Shown: positions 37,478-48,600 of the stretch, piece after piece
Layout: each line of letters begins with the position of its first letter
Position numbering within the stretch: position 1 is the first letter of the stretch
DNA from: Balanoglossus misakiensis
Taxonomy: Eukaryota; Animalia; Hemichordata
Direction of reading: 5' to 3'
Length of the DNA: 64,000 bases
NCBI GenBank assembly: GCA_040954595.2
Contig: CM082587.2
Coordinates: forward strand, 11,351,403 to 11,415,402
Translations under genes and position numbers: made by a program
Notes under the pieces: model-generated
The model's database searches: none
Told to the model about the DNA's origin: nothing
Seen by the model: the letters and a program-made list of their open reading frames with translations, nothing else

Positions 37478-38436
37478 GTAAAGGATAATGTACGAGTGGA
37501 GTGCAATCGTTCAGATATTGAACGACACGAGGGCCGCAGGCCCGAGTGTCGTTCAATATCTGAACGATTGCACGACACGAGTACATTATCCGGCTTACAA
37601 TACGTCGCAACATCTGTGATCTTGATATATGCTAAACAACTTCTCAACCACATCAACCAATCACAAGCGTCGCAAAATACACCTGGTGTATGACTCATTT
37701 CGATTGGATACTTGTCAACCAGGGCATTTGTCACGTGGTCATTGAGGTGTCACGTTCCCATCATCATTCGGAACTCAACCTTCGACAGACAAACACCATG
37801 GCCGAAAGTAGCGTCGAGCACGAGCTTTTCATTACCCATGGAGCACGTTCCGACACCCAAGCGAAAGCGATGGGCGTAGCTTTTACGATATGGACTGGAT
37901 TTTCCAAGATTTTGGTAGCTTCATTGAAGAGAATGTACATAAACCATCGGTCATGGAAAGTGTCCTGCAGAAAATCAAGGGTGCCTTTCTCCTGGCCTGC
38001 AGCCGCCATTGCGCACATCCTCAGTCTGTAAGTACCATTTTTCTGTCATTTACCTCGGAACTTGTAAATTTGTAGTTTTATATTGATCAGGAATGTTCGA
38101 TTGTACGTCAGCGTAGGCACTTCAGGGAAGTTTTGGTACGTCGAAAAAAATCAAGCTTTCAGGTGAATCCGTGTGTGAGGTAGAAACGAACCCCCAACCA
38201 AAGGTTGAGCCCTGCAGCGCAGAGATCACGACAAAGAAAGATGGACGAACCAAGTGTGTGCACCTGGAAGCAGTTCTTCCCGCCGGAGGCAGCACCTCCT
38301 GTCAAAGCTATCTTGTTTGTTGTAGTGAATCTTATTATGCCAGGTGCAGTGCAATATCCAGATATTGCACTGGTACCAGTGCATTATCATAGATAATGTC
38401 CCAAGAGAACAAAGAGTCTGGTCACATGTAGTGTTG
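37478..38436. mobile_element. ~960-bp non-autonomous insertion with a ~120-bp terminal hairpin (Crypton-like or rolling-circle type; unresolved)
   Basis: Non-satellite sequence between GTTGCTAA and TAACAAACGCTAG, with TAA at both junctions. Hairpin 37475-37597 centred on GGGCCGCAGGCCC. Confidence 0.75.
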
Positions 38437-39778
38437 TAACAAACGCTAGTGTCTGTCATGGTGTGCCGGAGTTTTAGTCGAGCCAGGCCGTAGGAGATCT
38501 GACTTGATCATCGTGGTCAATGTACGCGTCTTTCCGCTCTAAAGTGCCGGGGCTTCAGCTAAACCAGGCCGTAGGAAATCCGACGTAATCACCGTTGATA
38601 ACTTACGCCAGTCTGTGTCATATAGAGCCGGTGCACCAGCGGAGTCACGCCGTAGGAAATCTGACTTGATGAACGTGGTCAATGTACGCCTGTTTCTGCT
38701 CTAGAGTGCCGGGGCTTCAGCTGAGCCAGGCCGTAGGAAACCCGACGTGATTACCGTTGTTAACTTACGCCAGTCTGTGTCCTATATATAGTGCCGGGGC
38801 ATCAGCCGTGCCTGGCCGAAGGAAATGTGAGTAGATCAACGTGGTCTCTGTACGCGTGTTTCTGCTCTAGAGTGCCAGGGCTTTAGCCAAGCCATGCCGT
38901 AGGAAATCTGACTTGATCAACGTTGCTAACGAACGCTAGTGTCTGTCATAGTGTGCCTGGGTTTTAGTCGAGCCAAGCCGTAGGAGATCAGACTTGATCA
39001 ACGTGGTCTCTGTACGCGTGTTTCTGCTCTAGAGTGCCTGGGCTTTATCCAAGCCATGCCGTAGAAAATCTGACTTGATCACCATTGCTAACGTACGCTA
39101 GTGTCTGTCATGTTGTGACGGAGATTTAGCCGAGCCAGGCCGTAGAAAAATCGACTTGTTCAAAGTTACCAGTGTGCAACTGTTTCTGCTCTAGAGTGTC
39201 AGGGTTTTAGCCGACTTATGCTGTAGGAAATCTGAGTTGATGAACGGGAATTCAATGTTAGAAAACCCGTGTGGAAAGTATCTCTACCCATTTGAAACTA
39301 AGAAAAGAATTTATTCTTATTTATTTCGTAAAAAAGACAATTTTCCGAAAAAAAGTCGAAAATGGTAATTTTGTCTTGGGTGATTCAAATTATACCGCCT
39401 TTTCTGGAATTTGCAGCACTTTTTACAGAGAACGACACTTCATGCTCCATAATATTTCCGAAAATGAAGAAAAGAGTTACAATATCTCTGCATTTTTGGA
39501 GTGGTCGTAAGTTTTAACATACAATCAACATGTCATATATGATCAGGGCACCAAATTCGAAGAACAAAGGTTTTTTTATTTATTTTTCTAAAAATGACAT
39601 TTTCAAGGAAAATTTGGTAAAACGCAATTTTGTCTGCAGTGAGCCATATTAGACTGTCTTTTGTGGAATTTGTATCGATATATACATAGTTACGAAGAGC
39701 ATTTTATACTCAGATTTTCAAAAATGTAGAAAACGGGTATTTTTTGTAATTTTCAAAAATTTACCATTTTGACCAAAT
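38437..39778. repeat. Macrosatellite array, block 3
   Basis: Same unit, with a deletion of roughly 70 bp near 39478. Confidence 0.96.
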
Positions 39779-40112
39779 TGTGGGGAAGTATCGTGGCAGT
39801 GATCAATACTCCCGGGAGGGGGTTCGAGTATACTGACGTCGGAAAAGAAGCGAACGATTCAGTGCTAGGTAAAACACTGGTTTATTACCATCTGAATCCA
39901 ACAACAAAGTAACACCACAGAGCTCCTTACAAAAAGCTGCACGAAAGCGCCAAAACTGGGTTATATATAAGTCCCACGAACGCCGGAGCAAACACTCAAA
40001 AATTACAATAAATCTGCTACAAGTATAAAGTTTGGCGGGAAACAAAGTCAACTCTGATAGGGTAAGAGTTTCCGTCACGTGATCCTTCTGGAGTAAATCT
40101 CTCACTTCTCCA
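39779..40112 (-). repeat. Putative 3' LTR (~334 bp)
   Basis: On the minus strand GCGCGGGGGAGAATA (PPT) is followed by TG at 40112, TATATAA near 39965, AATAAA at 39881-39886 and terminal CA at 39779. There is no second LTR to confirm the ends. Confidence 0.65.
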
Positions 40113-40286
40113 TATTCTCCCCCGCGCAAAGGAAAGTCTCGAAAATCATCAGAAAAAAAAACATCAAATAACATGAAATATGATTAAAGTCACCTAAAGT
40201 GTTCAAGGATAATAAACTAATGTTCATTGTGTCAGTAAACATGATAACAGTCACAATGCGATCGAAATTGTTTTCCAATTTCAAAG

Positions 40287-43200
40287 TCAAATAGAGAGAT
40301 CCGCTATTCGTACTCGAGCGGCAACTGAAGAGTCTCTGACAGGTCGTCTCGGGGGTACAACATCCGCCTTCACCGAGGAATCTTCAGAGGCTCCAGCTGT
40401 GTCGACTGTTTCAGTATTCGTGTTGGAATCTGCTCCAATACCTGTATTATCTCCAGACACAGTTGACAGCTCCTTGGAGACAACTTCCAATGGGTACAAT
40501 TTATGGATAGGTCGGTTTGTAGGACCACCTGCGGTGTTCAACTCCGCAGATCGTACCAGTTTATCATTACCGAAGATCAACCTTGTTACAGTTCCTAAAT
40601 GCCATTTCGGACGTTTGTCAGTGTCACTGTGTATTATCACGACATCTCCGACCTTGATGACATTATCACGAGTTCCTTTGGTGGGATGTCGTTCACGTAG
40701 GGCAGTCAGATACTCGGACGACCATCTTCGCCAAAATTGATCGTGTAATCTTGATAGATGTTCATATCTTTTGTTGATTTCACGATTATCACAGTAAGAT
40801 GGGTCAATCACCTCTTCGTCGGTGATCTCGATGTACGGCAATGAGGTCAGTGTCCTGCCATGTAGCAAGTGATTTGGGGTCAATCCAATGTTGTCGTTTA
40901 TACTGGATGACACGTACGTTAACGGCCTGTCGTTTAAAACGGCTTCAATTTCAGTCACAACTGTTGCGAGTTCATCAAAGGTTAGGTAAGCTCGACCGAG
41001 AGTTTTCCTAATAGCGTTCTTTGTCAAAGCAATCAGCCTCTCCCAGAAGCCACCAAACCAGGGCGCGCGCTTCGGTATAAACGTCCATTGTACACGATGT
41101 GCGGCGAGAAAGTCATTTACTTCTGGCGTATCAAACAGTGTTTTGATTTCATTGGCAGCCGATAAATAAGTCGATGCGTTGTCTGACAGCATCCTACTCG
41201 GCAAAGAACGTCTCGCGGCGAATCTTCTGAACGCGTGCATGAACGTCTGGGTTGACATATCAGGAACCAGTTCTAGGTGAATGGCACGCGTCACCGCACA
41301 GGTGAATAAACAGATATAGGCTTTGGCACGTGTCCCATCTTTGGCCTTGGTATAAAGATGACCCGTGAAATCCACGCCTGTTACAGTAAATGCTGGGACA
41401 ATGTTCACTCGATAACTTGGTAGCGGCGCTTGCACTGGATTCGCGTAAGGTTTCCCGGTAACTTTGTTGCAAATGACACAACCACGTAAGACACCGCGTA
41501 CAATAATCCGAATTTTGGGGATCCAATATCTTTGCCTTATCTGTGTCACTGTAGATTGGACTCCCTGGTGAAGCTTCAGTTCGTGTGATTTCCGTATTAT
41601 CAAATTTGTCAATTTATGATGCGAGGGTATCAAGGCGGGAAATCTTGTGACGAAATCGATCGGCGCGTTATGGATTCTACTCCCACAGAGAAGTACGTCT
41701 TCTTCGTCAACAAATAAGTTCAGTTGTCGAACAATGGGCGCACATTTACTCAAGTTCAATTTCACAGACTGGATTTCGGCGTCATAGAAGTGCCGTTGAA
41801 TATGTTTAACCCACATATTTTCCGCTCGGTGCAGCTCATCAGGGGTAATTCTCCCGTGTTTCACCTCGGTAGATTTTTTCATCCGTGCGATGAATCTGAG
41901 GACATAACTTGTCACTCGTAATAGCCTATCCAAGTTGTTCAATCTGGAAATGTCAACAACGTGTTGAATTCCGTAGTCATTGGGACTGGTAATTTCCAGA
42001 TTTTCGCGATCTGTACATCGTCTGGCTTTGGGGGGAGCGAGTATTTCTGCGTTCTCGGTAGACTGATCGTTGATTCCGTTGCCGAAACGCGGCGGCAATC
42101 TGTCCGTCTCATCTGGTTCGATTGCGGTATGCATCACATTAACATCAAATGCTGGGCAACTAGGCCAATCGCTTGTCTTTAGCCATGTTGGTCCATTACG
42201 CCATAGTTCAGAGCGTTCAATCATTTCGTAGGTTACCCCTCTGGTTAAAAGATCAGCTGGGTTGTGTTCTGATGGGCAGTATTTCTTTGTTGCCTGAAAT
42301 TCGCGAATTTCATCTACTCGATTCTTCACAAACACCGGAAGTCTCTTCTCACTGTTCAGCCAGTGAAGGACAATTTGGCTGTCACTCCATAAATAACAAC
42401 GAACTATGTCATATTTGGAGGACAGGGCTTCTTTAGCGTACTTGCTGAGACGTGTGGCTATTAACGCAGCCATCAATTCCAGTCGCGGGAGTGTAGTTTC
42501 AGCCACTGGTGCGGTTCTAGTCTTCGCCATCACAAACGACGTTTGCTGTCCTCTTTTCAAATACACTACTGCCCCATACGCTCTCTGGCTTGCGTCTGCA
42601 AAGGCGTGTAGCTCGCATTCATTGTCGCCTTCAAGTTCATCAAAATATTGTCGTTCGATCTTCGTGTTTCGCGAGTCTTTGAGATCTTCTGCGATGTGCA
42701 TCCATTGAGTGTAGAAATCTGCGTTGATAGGTTCATCCCAGTCTAATTCCAGTTTCCATAGTAACTGAATGAACAATTTGGCTTTGATCATTACAGGGGC
42801 GAGAAATCCAAACGGATCAAATAGCATCGCCACATAGCTGACAATGTCACGTTTGGTCACGAGTTCGGCACGCGACGACATATTAACCACTTTGGAGTAA
42901 GTCAATTCGTCAGATTTTGTTGACCACTGCATTCCCAAAACGGATACATCTTCGGTGGGTTCGTTCAGATTGTCACATGTAGCGAGTTCGTTTATTTGTT
43001 GACAGTTGGAAGACCATGCTCTGAGTTTGAATCCGCCTGATGTCATCAACTCATTGGCTTCATGGTAGTATTTCATGGCGTTTTCTGCAGTATCAACTTC
43101 ATCGATCACATTATCAACATAGATATTATTTCCCAATCTGTCAGCGGTGGGAAGTTGACTATTGTTCTCTAAATGCGTCTTGATAACCGCATTGAGGATG

Positions 43201-45539
43201 AATGGGGAACAGACTGCTCCAAACAAGACAGACTTAAACTGCAAAGTTATGAAGTCACTTTCTGGGTCGTTAATGTCCGACAGCCACAGAAATTTCGTGA
43301 ATTTCCTCTCATCTTCTTCCAACCGAATGTTCAGGAATGCTTTCTCAATGTCAGCTGTGAAAGCAATGTTATTGGCGCGGTATCTCAGCAGAATCGCTGG
43401 CAGGTCATTTATTAATGACGGTCCAGTTTGCAAGCAATCATTCAAACTTGGATAATTAGAATCCTTCTTACAAGAGCAATCATAAACGATGCGAATGGGT
43501 GTTGTGGTCGAATTCTTAACCACCGGACGATGTGGCAAATAGTGTCCGATATTCACGTCATCTTCGTCAACCTCTCCGATGAAGTCGCGACGTCTCTGTT
43601 CATTGATTATGTCGTCATATTTCTTGATGAGTTCAGAGGGTAACCTGCGTATCATATTACGAGTGCGTTTCATGGCGACATCGTAGTTGGTGGGTAGTGG
43701 AGGGTGATCTTCCTTCCACGGTAGTTTAGCTACGTATTTTCCTCGGTCAACTCTCAAGTGCGTGTCTCTGTAAGACTCGTACGTCAACTGTTCATCAACT
43801 GTTGGATTGTCCTGAATACCGATCAATTCAAGGTCCCACATATTTTGGACCTGTGGTTCTCGGCCGATCGCAGTACTATCCATCTGTGTATACATGTCCG
43901 TTGCGCGATCTCCATGCAGTCCGTTGATAGAGTTCTCTGAAACTACGTTACTGGTATCAGCAGTAGAAATCACGTGTAAGATATGCGCATTAGAATCCAC
44001 TTTGGGAGTTCCGAGGGGTCCGGAGAGTAAGTATCCAAATTTGGATGACACAGCAGTGGGGCCGGACGCGCCAGAAATAACGTGTGAGCCCACGAAATTC
44101 CAATATTGGTCGGCTCCGATTAGAACATCAATTGGCCACGATTGATCACTCGAAACTGGATGTGCGAATGGTAGCCCTTTCAGGTGGCTCATATTGTGGA
44201 CTTCCTGAGAAATGTGATTTGTTAAGTCCGACGATATCTCTGGAATTATCATCGCGTGAATAGTTGAAGTATTCCCGTTCAGTTCATGAGCAGTTAGTTC
44301 GGTGAATCCCATGGTGCGTACTTTGGAATCCTTGCCACCGAAGGTCGATAACTTTATGTGTTCGTGCCGCGTAGCTTTCGCGGACAGCTGACGGGCGAAT
44401 CTCTCAGTGACGAATGTCTTATTTGCTCCTTCATCAAACAGGATGACGGCATGTATGGGGGTTCCCCGTCCGACAGACAGTGGTACAAACGCAGTTTTCA
44501 GCAGCACTGGCCCAGTGTTTATCTTCTTATCCGTAAATGTATCGGTATTAGTCAATGTTACTTTGACATCAGAAGTACTTGATGATGGCGATGGCGAGGA
44601 CGACGCTCCGGTTGGCGTCGTTGTAGCGGTGGGAACGTCGTAGTGTAGCGCAGAGTGATGACGTTTCCTACACTTTCTGCAGGAGTATTTTGATTTACAC
44701 TCCGCAACTCTATGTTTTCCAAAGCAATTAAAACATAGTCTGTCCTTCTTCACAATGTCCAGTCTCTCGCGCGTATCAGTTACCACAGTGCAATTTGACG
44801 CGAAGTGTGACCCTTTGCAGAACGGGCACGTTTTGACAGGGGCGCGAAACTTCTGTTTACCTGTCATCTGCGTTTTCGTGTGAAACGCGGTTATTTCCGG
44901 TTCTCTGGTAGTGGCCATTGTTATCTCGTCGACCCGGTTGCCGGCTTGAAGGGCGTTTATCTCGTGTTGAATGGCTTTTCGTAGATCTGCTAATGTCCAT
45001 GCAGCATTACCATGTTTTCTTGCTATCTGCTCTCGAATGTTAGGAGGTAATTTCTCCCGTATTATTGGAACCAAAAGTTCGCCGTATGTGGTTTCCTCCT
45101 TACCCAGCGACTGAAGACCTCGAACGTGATTTTCAATCGAGTCGTACAAATGCCTTAAACTTTGTACGTCGGCGGTTGGGCTTTGTAGATTCCACAATGC
45201 GGTCATATGAGCATCTACTATGAGATGGGTTTGTCCGTATCTTTCGGTCAATAAGTCAATCGCGTGCGAGTAGTTTGATTCGGTGAGTGGCAATCCGTTG
45301 ATTGTTCTCGCTGCTTCATCTTTGAGTACACTCCGCAAATACGTAAACTTCTGAATGTTGTCCAAATTAGTGTCCGAATGTATCGAAGACTTGAATACAT
45401 CGAAGAAACTCGACCATTCTATTACATTGCCTGAGAAAGTTTGCAGCTGGAGTTTCGGTAGAGTTACTGTTTTACGAGGCGTCGCGTTGCCGAGGCTGCT
45501 TCCCGTTACATTACCAGTACTAGTAGTAGTTGTCCGCAT
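40287..45539 (-). CDS. BEL/Pao gag-pol polyprotein (1750 aa open; N-terminus lost)
   Basis: LPKLQLQTFSG..EW (DUF1759-like gag), three Cys/His knuckles, LFDEGA protease, ADIEKAF and YVDN (RT), FADAS..AYG, WSDSQI and NPAD (RNase H), GVDFTG, SDNA and GGFWERL (integrase), FWRRWSSEYL. An upstream in-frame TAA lies near 45595. Confidence 0.95.
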   Translation of the reverse strand: MRTTTTSTGNVTGSSLGNATPRKTVTLPKLQLQTFSGNVIEWSSFFDVFKSSIHSDTNLDNIQKFTYLRSVLKDEAARTINGLPLTESNYSHAIDLLTERYGQTHLIVDAHMTALWNLQSPTADVQSLRHLYDSIENHVRGLQSLGKEETTYGELLVPIIREKLPPNIREQIARKHGNAAWTLADLRKAIQHEINALQAGNRVDEITMATTREPEITAFHTKTQMTGKQKFRAPVKTCPFCKGSHFASNCTVVTDTRERLDIVKKDRLCFNCFGKHRVAECKSKYSCRKCRKRHHSALHYDVPTATTTPTGASSSPSPSSSTSDVKVTLTNTDTFTDKKINTGPVLLKTAFVPLSVGRGTPIHAVILFDEGANKTFVTERFARQLSAKATRHEHIKLSTFGGKDSKVRTMGFTELTAHELNGNTSTIHAMIIPEISSDLTNHISQEVHNMSHLKGLPFAHPVSSDQSWPIDVLIGADQYWNFVGSHVISGASGPTAVSSKFGYLLSGPLGTPKVDSNAHILHVISTADTSNVVSENSINGLHGDRATDMYTQMDSTAIGREPQVQNMWDLELIGIQDNPTVDEQLTYESYRDTHLRVDRGKYVAKLPWKEDHPPLPTNYDVAMKRTRNMIRRLPSELIKKYDDIINEQRRRDFIGEVDEDDVNIGHYLPHRPVVKNSTTTPIRIVYDCSCKKDSNYPSLNDCLQTGPSLINDLPAILLRYRANNIAFTADIEKAFLNIRLEEDERKFTKFLWLSDINDPESDFITLQFKSVLFGAVCSPFILNAVIKTHLENNSQLPTADRLGNNIYVDNVIDEVDTAENAMKYYHEANELMTSGGFKLRAWSSNCQQINELATCDNLNEPTEDVSVLGMQWSTKSDELTYSKVVNMSSRAELVTKRDIVSYVAMLFDPFGFLAPVMIKAKLFIQLLWKLELDWDEPINADFYTQWMHIAEDLKDSRNTKIERQYFDELEGDNECELHAFADASQRAYGAVVYLKRGQQTSFVMAKTRTAPVAETTLPRLELMAALIATRLSKYAKEALSSKYDIVRCYLWSDSQIVLHWLNSEKRLPVFVKNRVDEIREFQATKKYCPSEHNPADLLTRGVTYEMIERSELWRNGPTWLKTSDWPSCPAFDVNVMHTAIEPDETDRLPPRFGNGINDQSTENAEILAPPKARRCTDRENLEITSPNDYGIQHVVDISRLNNLDRLLRVTSYVLRFIARMKKSTEVKHGRITPDELHRAENMWVKHIQRHFYDAEIQSVKLNLSKCAPIVRQLNLFVDEEDVLLCGSRIHNAPIDFVTRFPALIPSHHKLTNLIIRKSHELKLHQGVQSTVTQIRQRYWIPKIRIIVRGVLRGCVICNKVTGKPYANPVQAPLPSYRVNIVPAFTVTGVDFTGHLYTKAKDGTRAKAYICLFTCAVTRAIHLELVPDMSTQTFMHAFRRFAARRSLPSRMLSDNASTYLSAANEIKTLFDTPEVNDFLAAHRVQWTFIPKRAPWFGGFWERLIALTKNAIRKTLGRAYLTFDELATVVTEIEAVLNDRPLTYVSSSINDNIGLTPNHLLHGRTLTSLPYIEITDEEVIDPSYCDNREINKRYEHLSRLHDQFWRRWSSEYLTALRERHPTKGTRDNVIKVGDVVIIHSDTDKRPKWHLGTVTRLIFGNDKLVRSAELNTAGGPTNRPIHKLYPLEVVSKELSTVSGDNTGIGADSNTNTETVDTAGASEDSSVKADVVPPRRPVRDSSVAARVRIADLSI

Positions 45540-45628
45540 CTCCGATTTGTTTTTCTTGATGAAAGATGCGATTCGATGATTGTGTTCGAAGATTTAGGCC
45601 TGGTAGTCGCCTGAAGTTTCATTTTCTT

Positions 45629-48600
45629 CGCTCTAAAGTGCCGGGGCTTCAGCTAAACCAGGCCGTAGGAAATCCGACGTAATCACCGTTGATAACTTAC
45701 GCCAGTCTGTGTCATATAGAGCCGGTGCACAAGCCGAGTCACGCCGTAGGAAATCTGACTTGATCAACGTGGTCAATGTACGCCTGTTTCTGCTCTAGAG
45801 TGCCGGGGCTTCAGCTGAGCCAGGCCGTAGGAAACCCGACGTGATTACCGTTGTTAACTTACGCCAGTCTGTGTCCTATATATAGTGCCGGGGCATCAGC
45901 CGTGCCAGGCCGAAGGAAATGTGAGTAGATCAACGTGGTCTCTGTACGCGTGTTTCTGCTCTAGAGTGTCAGGGCTTTAGCAAAGCCATGCCGTAGGAAA
46001 TCTGACTTGATCAACGTTGCTAACGAACGCTAGTGTCTGTCATAGTGTGCCGGGGTTTTAGTCGAGCCAAGCCGTAGGAGATCAGACTTGATCAACGTGG
46101 TCTCTGTACGCGTGTTTTTGCTCTAGAGTGCCGGGGCTTTATCCAAGCCATGCCGTAGAAAATCTGACTTGATCACCGTTGCTAACGTACGCTAGTGTCT
46201 GTCATATTGTGACGGAGATTTAGCCGAGCCAGGTCGTAGAAAAATCGACTTGTTCAACGTTACCAGTGTGCAACTGTTTCTGCTCTAGAGTGTCAGGGTT
46301 TTAGCCGACTTATGCTGTAGGAAATCTGAGTTGATGAACGGGAATTCAATGTTAGAAAACCCGTGTGGAAAGTATCTCTACCCGTTTGAAACTAAGAAAA
46401 GAATTTATTCTTATTTATTTTGTAAAAAAGACAATTTTTCGAAAACATGTCGAAAATGGTAATTTTGTCTTGGGTGATTCAAATTATACCACATTTTCTG
46501 GAATTTGCAGCACTTTTTACAAGAGAACGACACTTCATGCTCCATAATATTTCCGAAAATCAAGAAAAGAGTTTATTTTTTATGATTTTTAAAAAATGTA
46601 CCATTTTGTCAAAATATGGCCAAAATGGCTATTTTTTCTTGAATTCCGTCAATATCTCTGCATTTTTGGAGTGGTCGAAAGTTTTAACATACAATCAACA
46701 TATCATATATGATCAGGGCACCAAATTCGAAGAACGAAGGTTTTTTTATTTTATTTTTCTAAAAATGACATTTTCAAGGAAAATTTGGTAAAACGCAATT
46801 TTGTCTGCAGTGAGCCAAATTAGACGGTCTTTTGTGGAATTTGTATCGATATATATATACGAAGAGCATTCTATACTCCATCAGATTTCCGAAAATGTAG
46901 AAAACAGGTATTTTTTGTAATTTTCAAAAATTTACCATTTTGACCAAATTGTGGTTAAAATTGTTATTTTCGTGTTGAATGCCGCCAGTGTCACTGCTTT
47001 TAAAAGTCATAAAAACTTTTAACATGCAAGCAATTGCTTATATATGATCAGGTCACCGAATTAAAAAAATAAAGAATGTTTTGCCTAAAAATGACCTTTT
47101 TGGTGCAAAAACGAATAAAACGCAATTTTGTATTAAATCAGCTCATTCAGAGTGCATTTTTTATAATCAGCACCATTTTTACATATATTGGAAATTTCAT
47201 ACATCATCAGATATCCAAATATGAAAAGATGATTTACATTTTAGATGATTGTCCAAAATTAGCTGATATCTGATAAATGTAGTATTTAACCGTTCTGTTC
47301 CCCCCCCCCCTACATTATATGCGGTACGCTGATGTCAGCTTACCCGGCAGTACTGCAGGCCGTGCCCCCAACTAACGTCGGTGTTTGAAACGCCCTGGTT
47401 AAATTCGGGCTTTCTCTATAAATTGACAGGCAATAAAGCAGTCCTACCGGAACAAATGTCGAGTGTTGACCCGCTGTGACTTTCCCTGTTCGGTTTGCCC
47501 GACTTAGCCAACGTCTTTGTACTAGAGTGTCGGGTCTTTTGCAGAGCCAGGCCGAAGGAAATCCGACTTGATCACCGTTGCTAACGAACGCTAGTGTCTG
47601 TCATGGTGTGCCGGGGTTTTAGTCGAGCCAGGCCGTAGGAGATCTGACTTGATCATCGTGGTCAATGTACGCGTGTTTCCGCTCTAAAGTGCCGGGGCTT
47701 CAGCTAAACCAGGCCGTAGGAAATCCGACGTAATCACCGTTGATAACTTACGCCAGTCTGTGTCATATAGAGCCGGTGCACCAGCCGAGTCACGCCGTAG
47801 GAAATCTGACTTGATCAACGTGGTCAATGTACGCCTGTTTCTGCTCTAGAGTGCCGGGGCTTCAGCTGAGCCAGGCCGTAGGAAACCCGACGTGATTACC
47901 GTTGTTAACTTACGCCAGTCTGTGTCCTATATATAGTGCCGGGGCATCAGCCGTGCCAGGCCGAAGGAAATGTGAGTAGATCAACGTGGTCTCTGTACGC
48001 GTGTTTCTGCTCTAGAGTGTCAGGGCTTTAGCAAAGCCATGCCGTAGGAAATCTGACTTGATCAACGTTGCTAACGAACGCAAGTGTCTGTCATAGTGTG
48101 CCGGGGTTTTAGTCGAGCCAAGCCGTAGGAGATCAGACTTGATCAACGTGGTCTCTGTACGCGTGTTTCTGCTCTAGAGTGCCGGGGCTTTATCCAACCC
48201 ATGCCGTTGAAAATCTGACTTGATCACCGTTGCTAACGTACGCTAGTGTCTGTCATATTGTGACGAGATTTAGCCGTGCCAGGCCGTAGAAAAATCGACT
48301 TGTTCAACGTTATCAGTGTGCAACTGTTTCTGCTCTAGAGTGTCAGGGTTTTAGCCGACTTATGCTGTAGGAAATCTGAGTTGATAAACGGGAATTCAAT
48401 GTTAGAAAACCCGTGTGGAAAGTATCTCTACCCGTTTGAAACTAAGAAAAGAATTTATTCTTATTTATTTTGTAAAAAAGACAATTTTTCGAAAACAAGT
48501 CGAAAATGGTAATTTTGTCTTGGGTGATTCAAATTATACCACATTTTCTGGAATTTGCAGCACTTTTTACAAAAGAACGACACATTATGCTCCATAATAT

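Larger units (their letters stand above)
39779..45628 (-). mobile_element. BEL/Pao LTR retrotransposon lacking its 5' LTR and the start of gag
   Basis: Single gag-pol ORF in PR-RT-RH-IN order, a polypurine tract and one LTR at the left end. The right end breaks inside gag and joins the satellite at a different phase. Confidence 0.93.
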
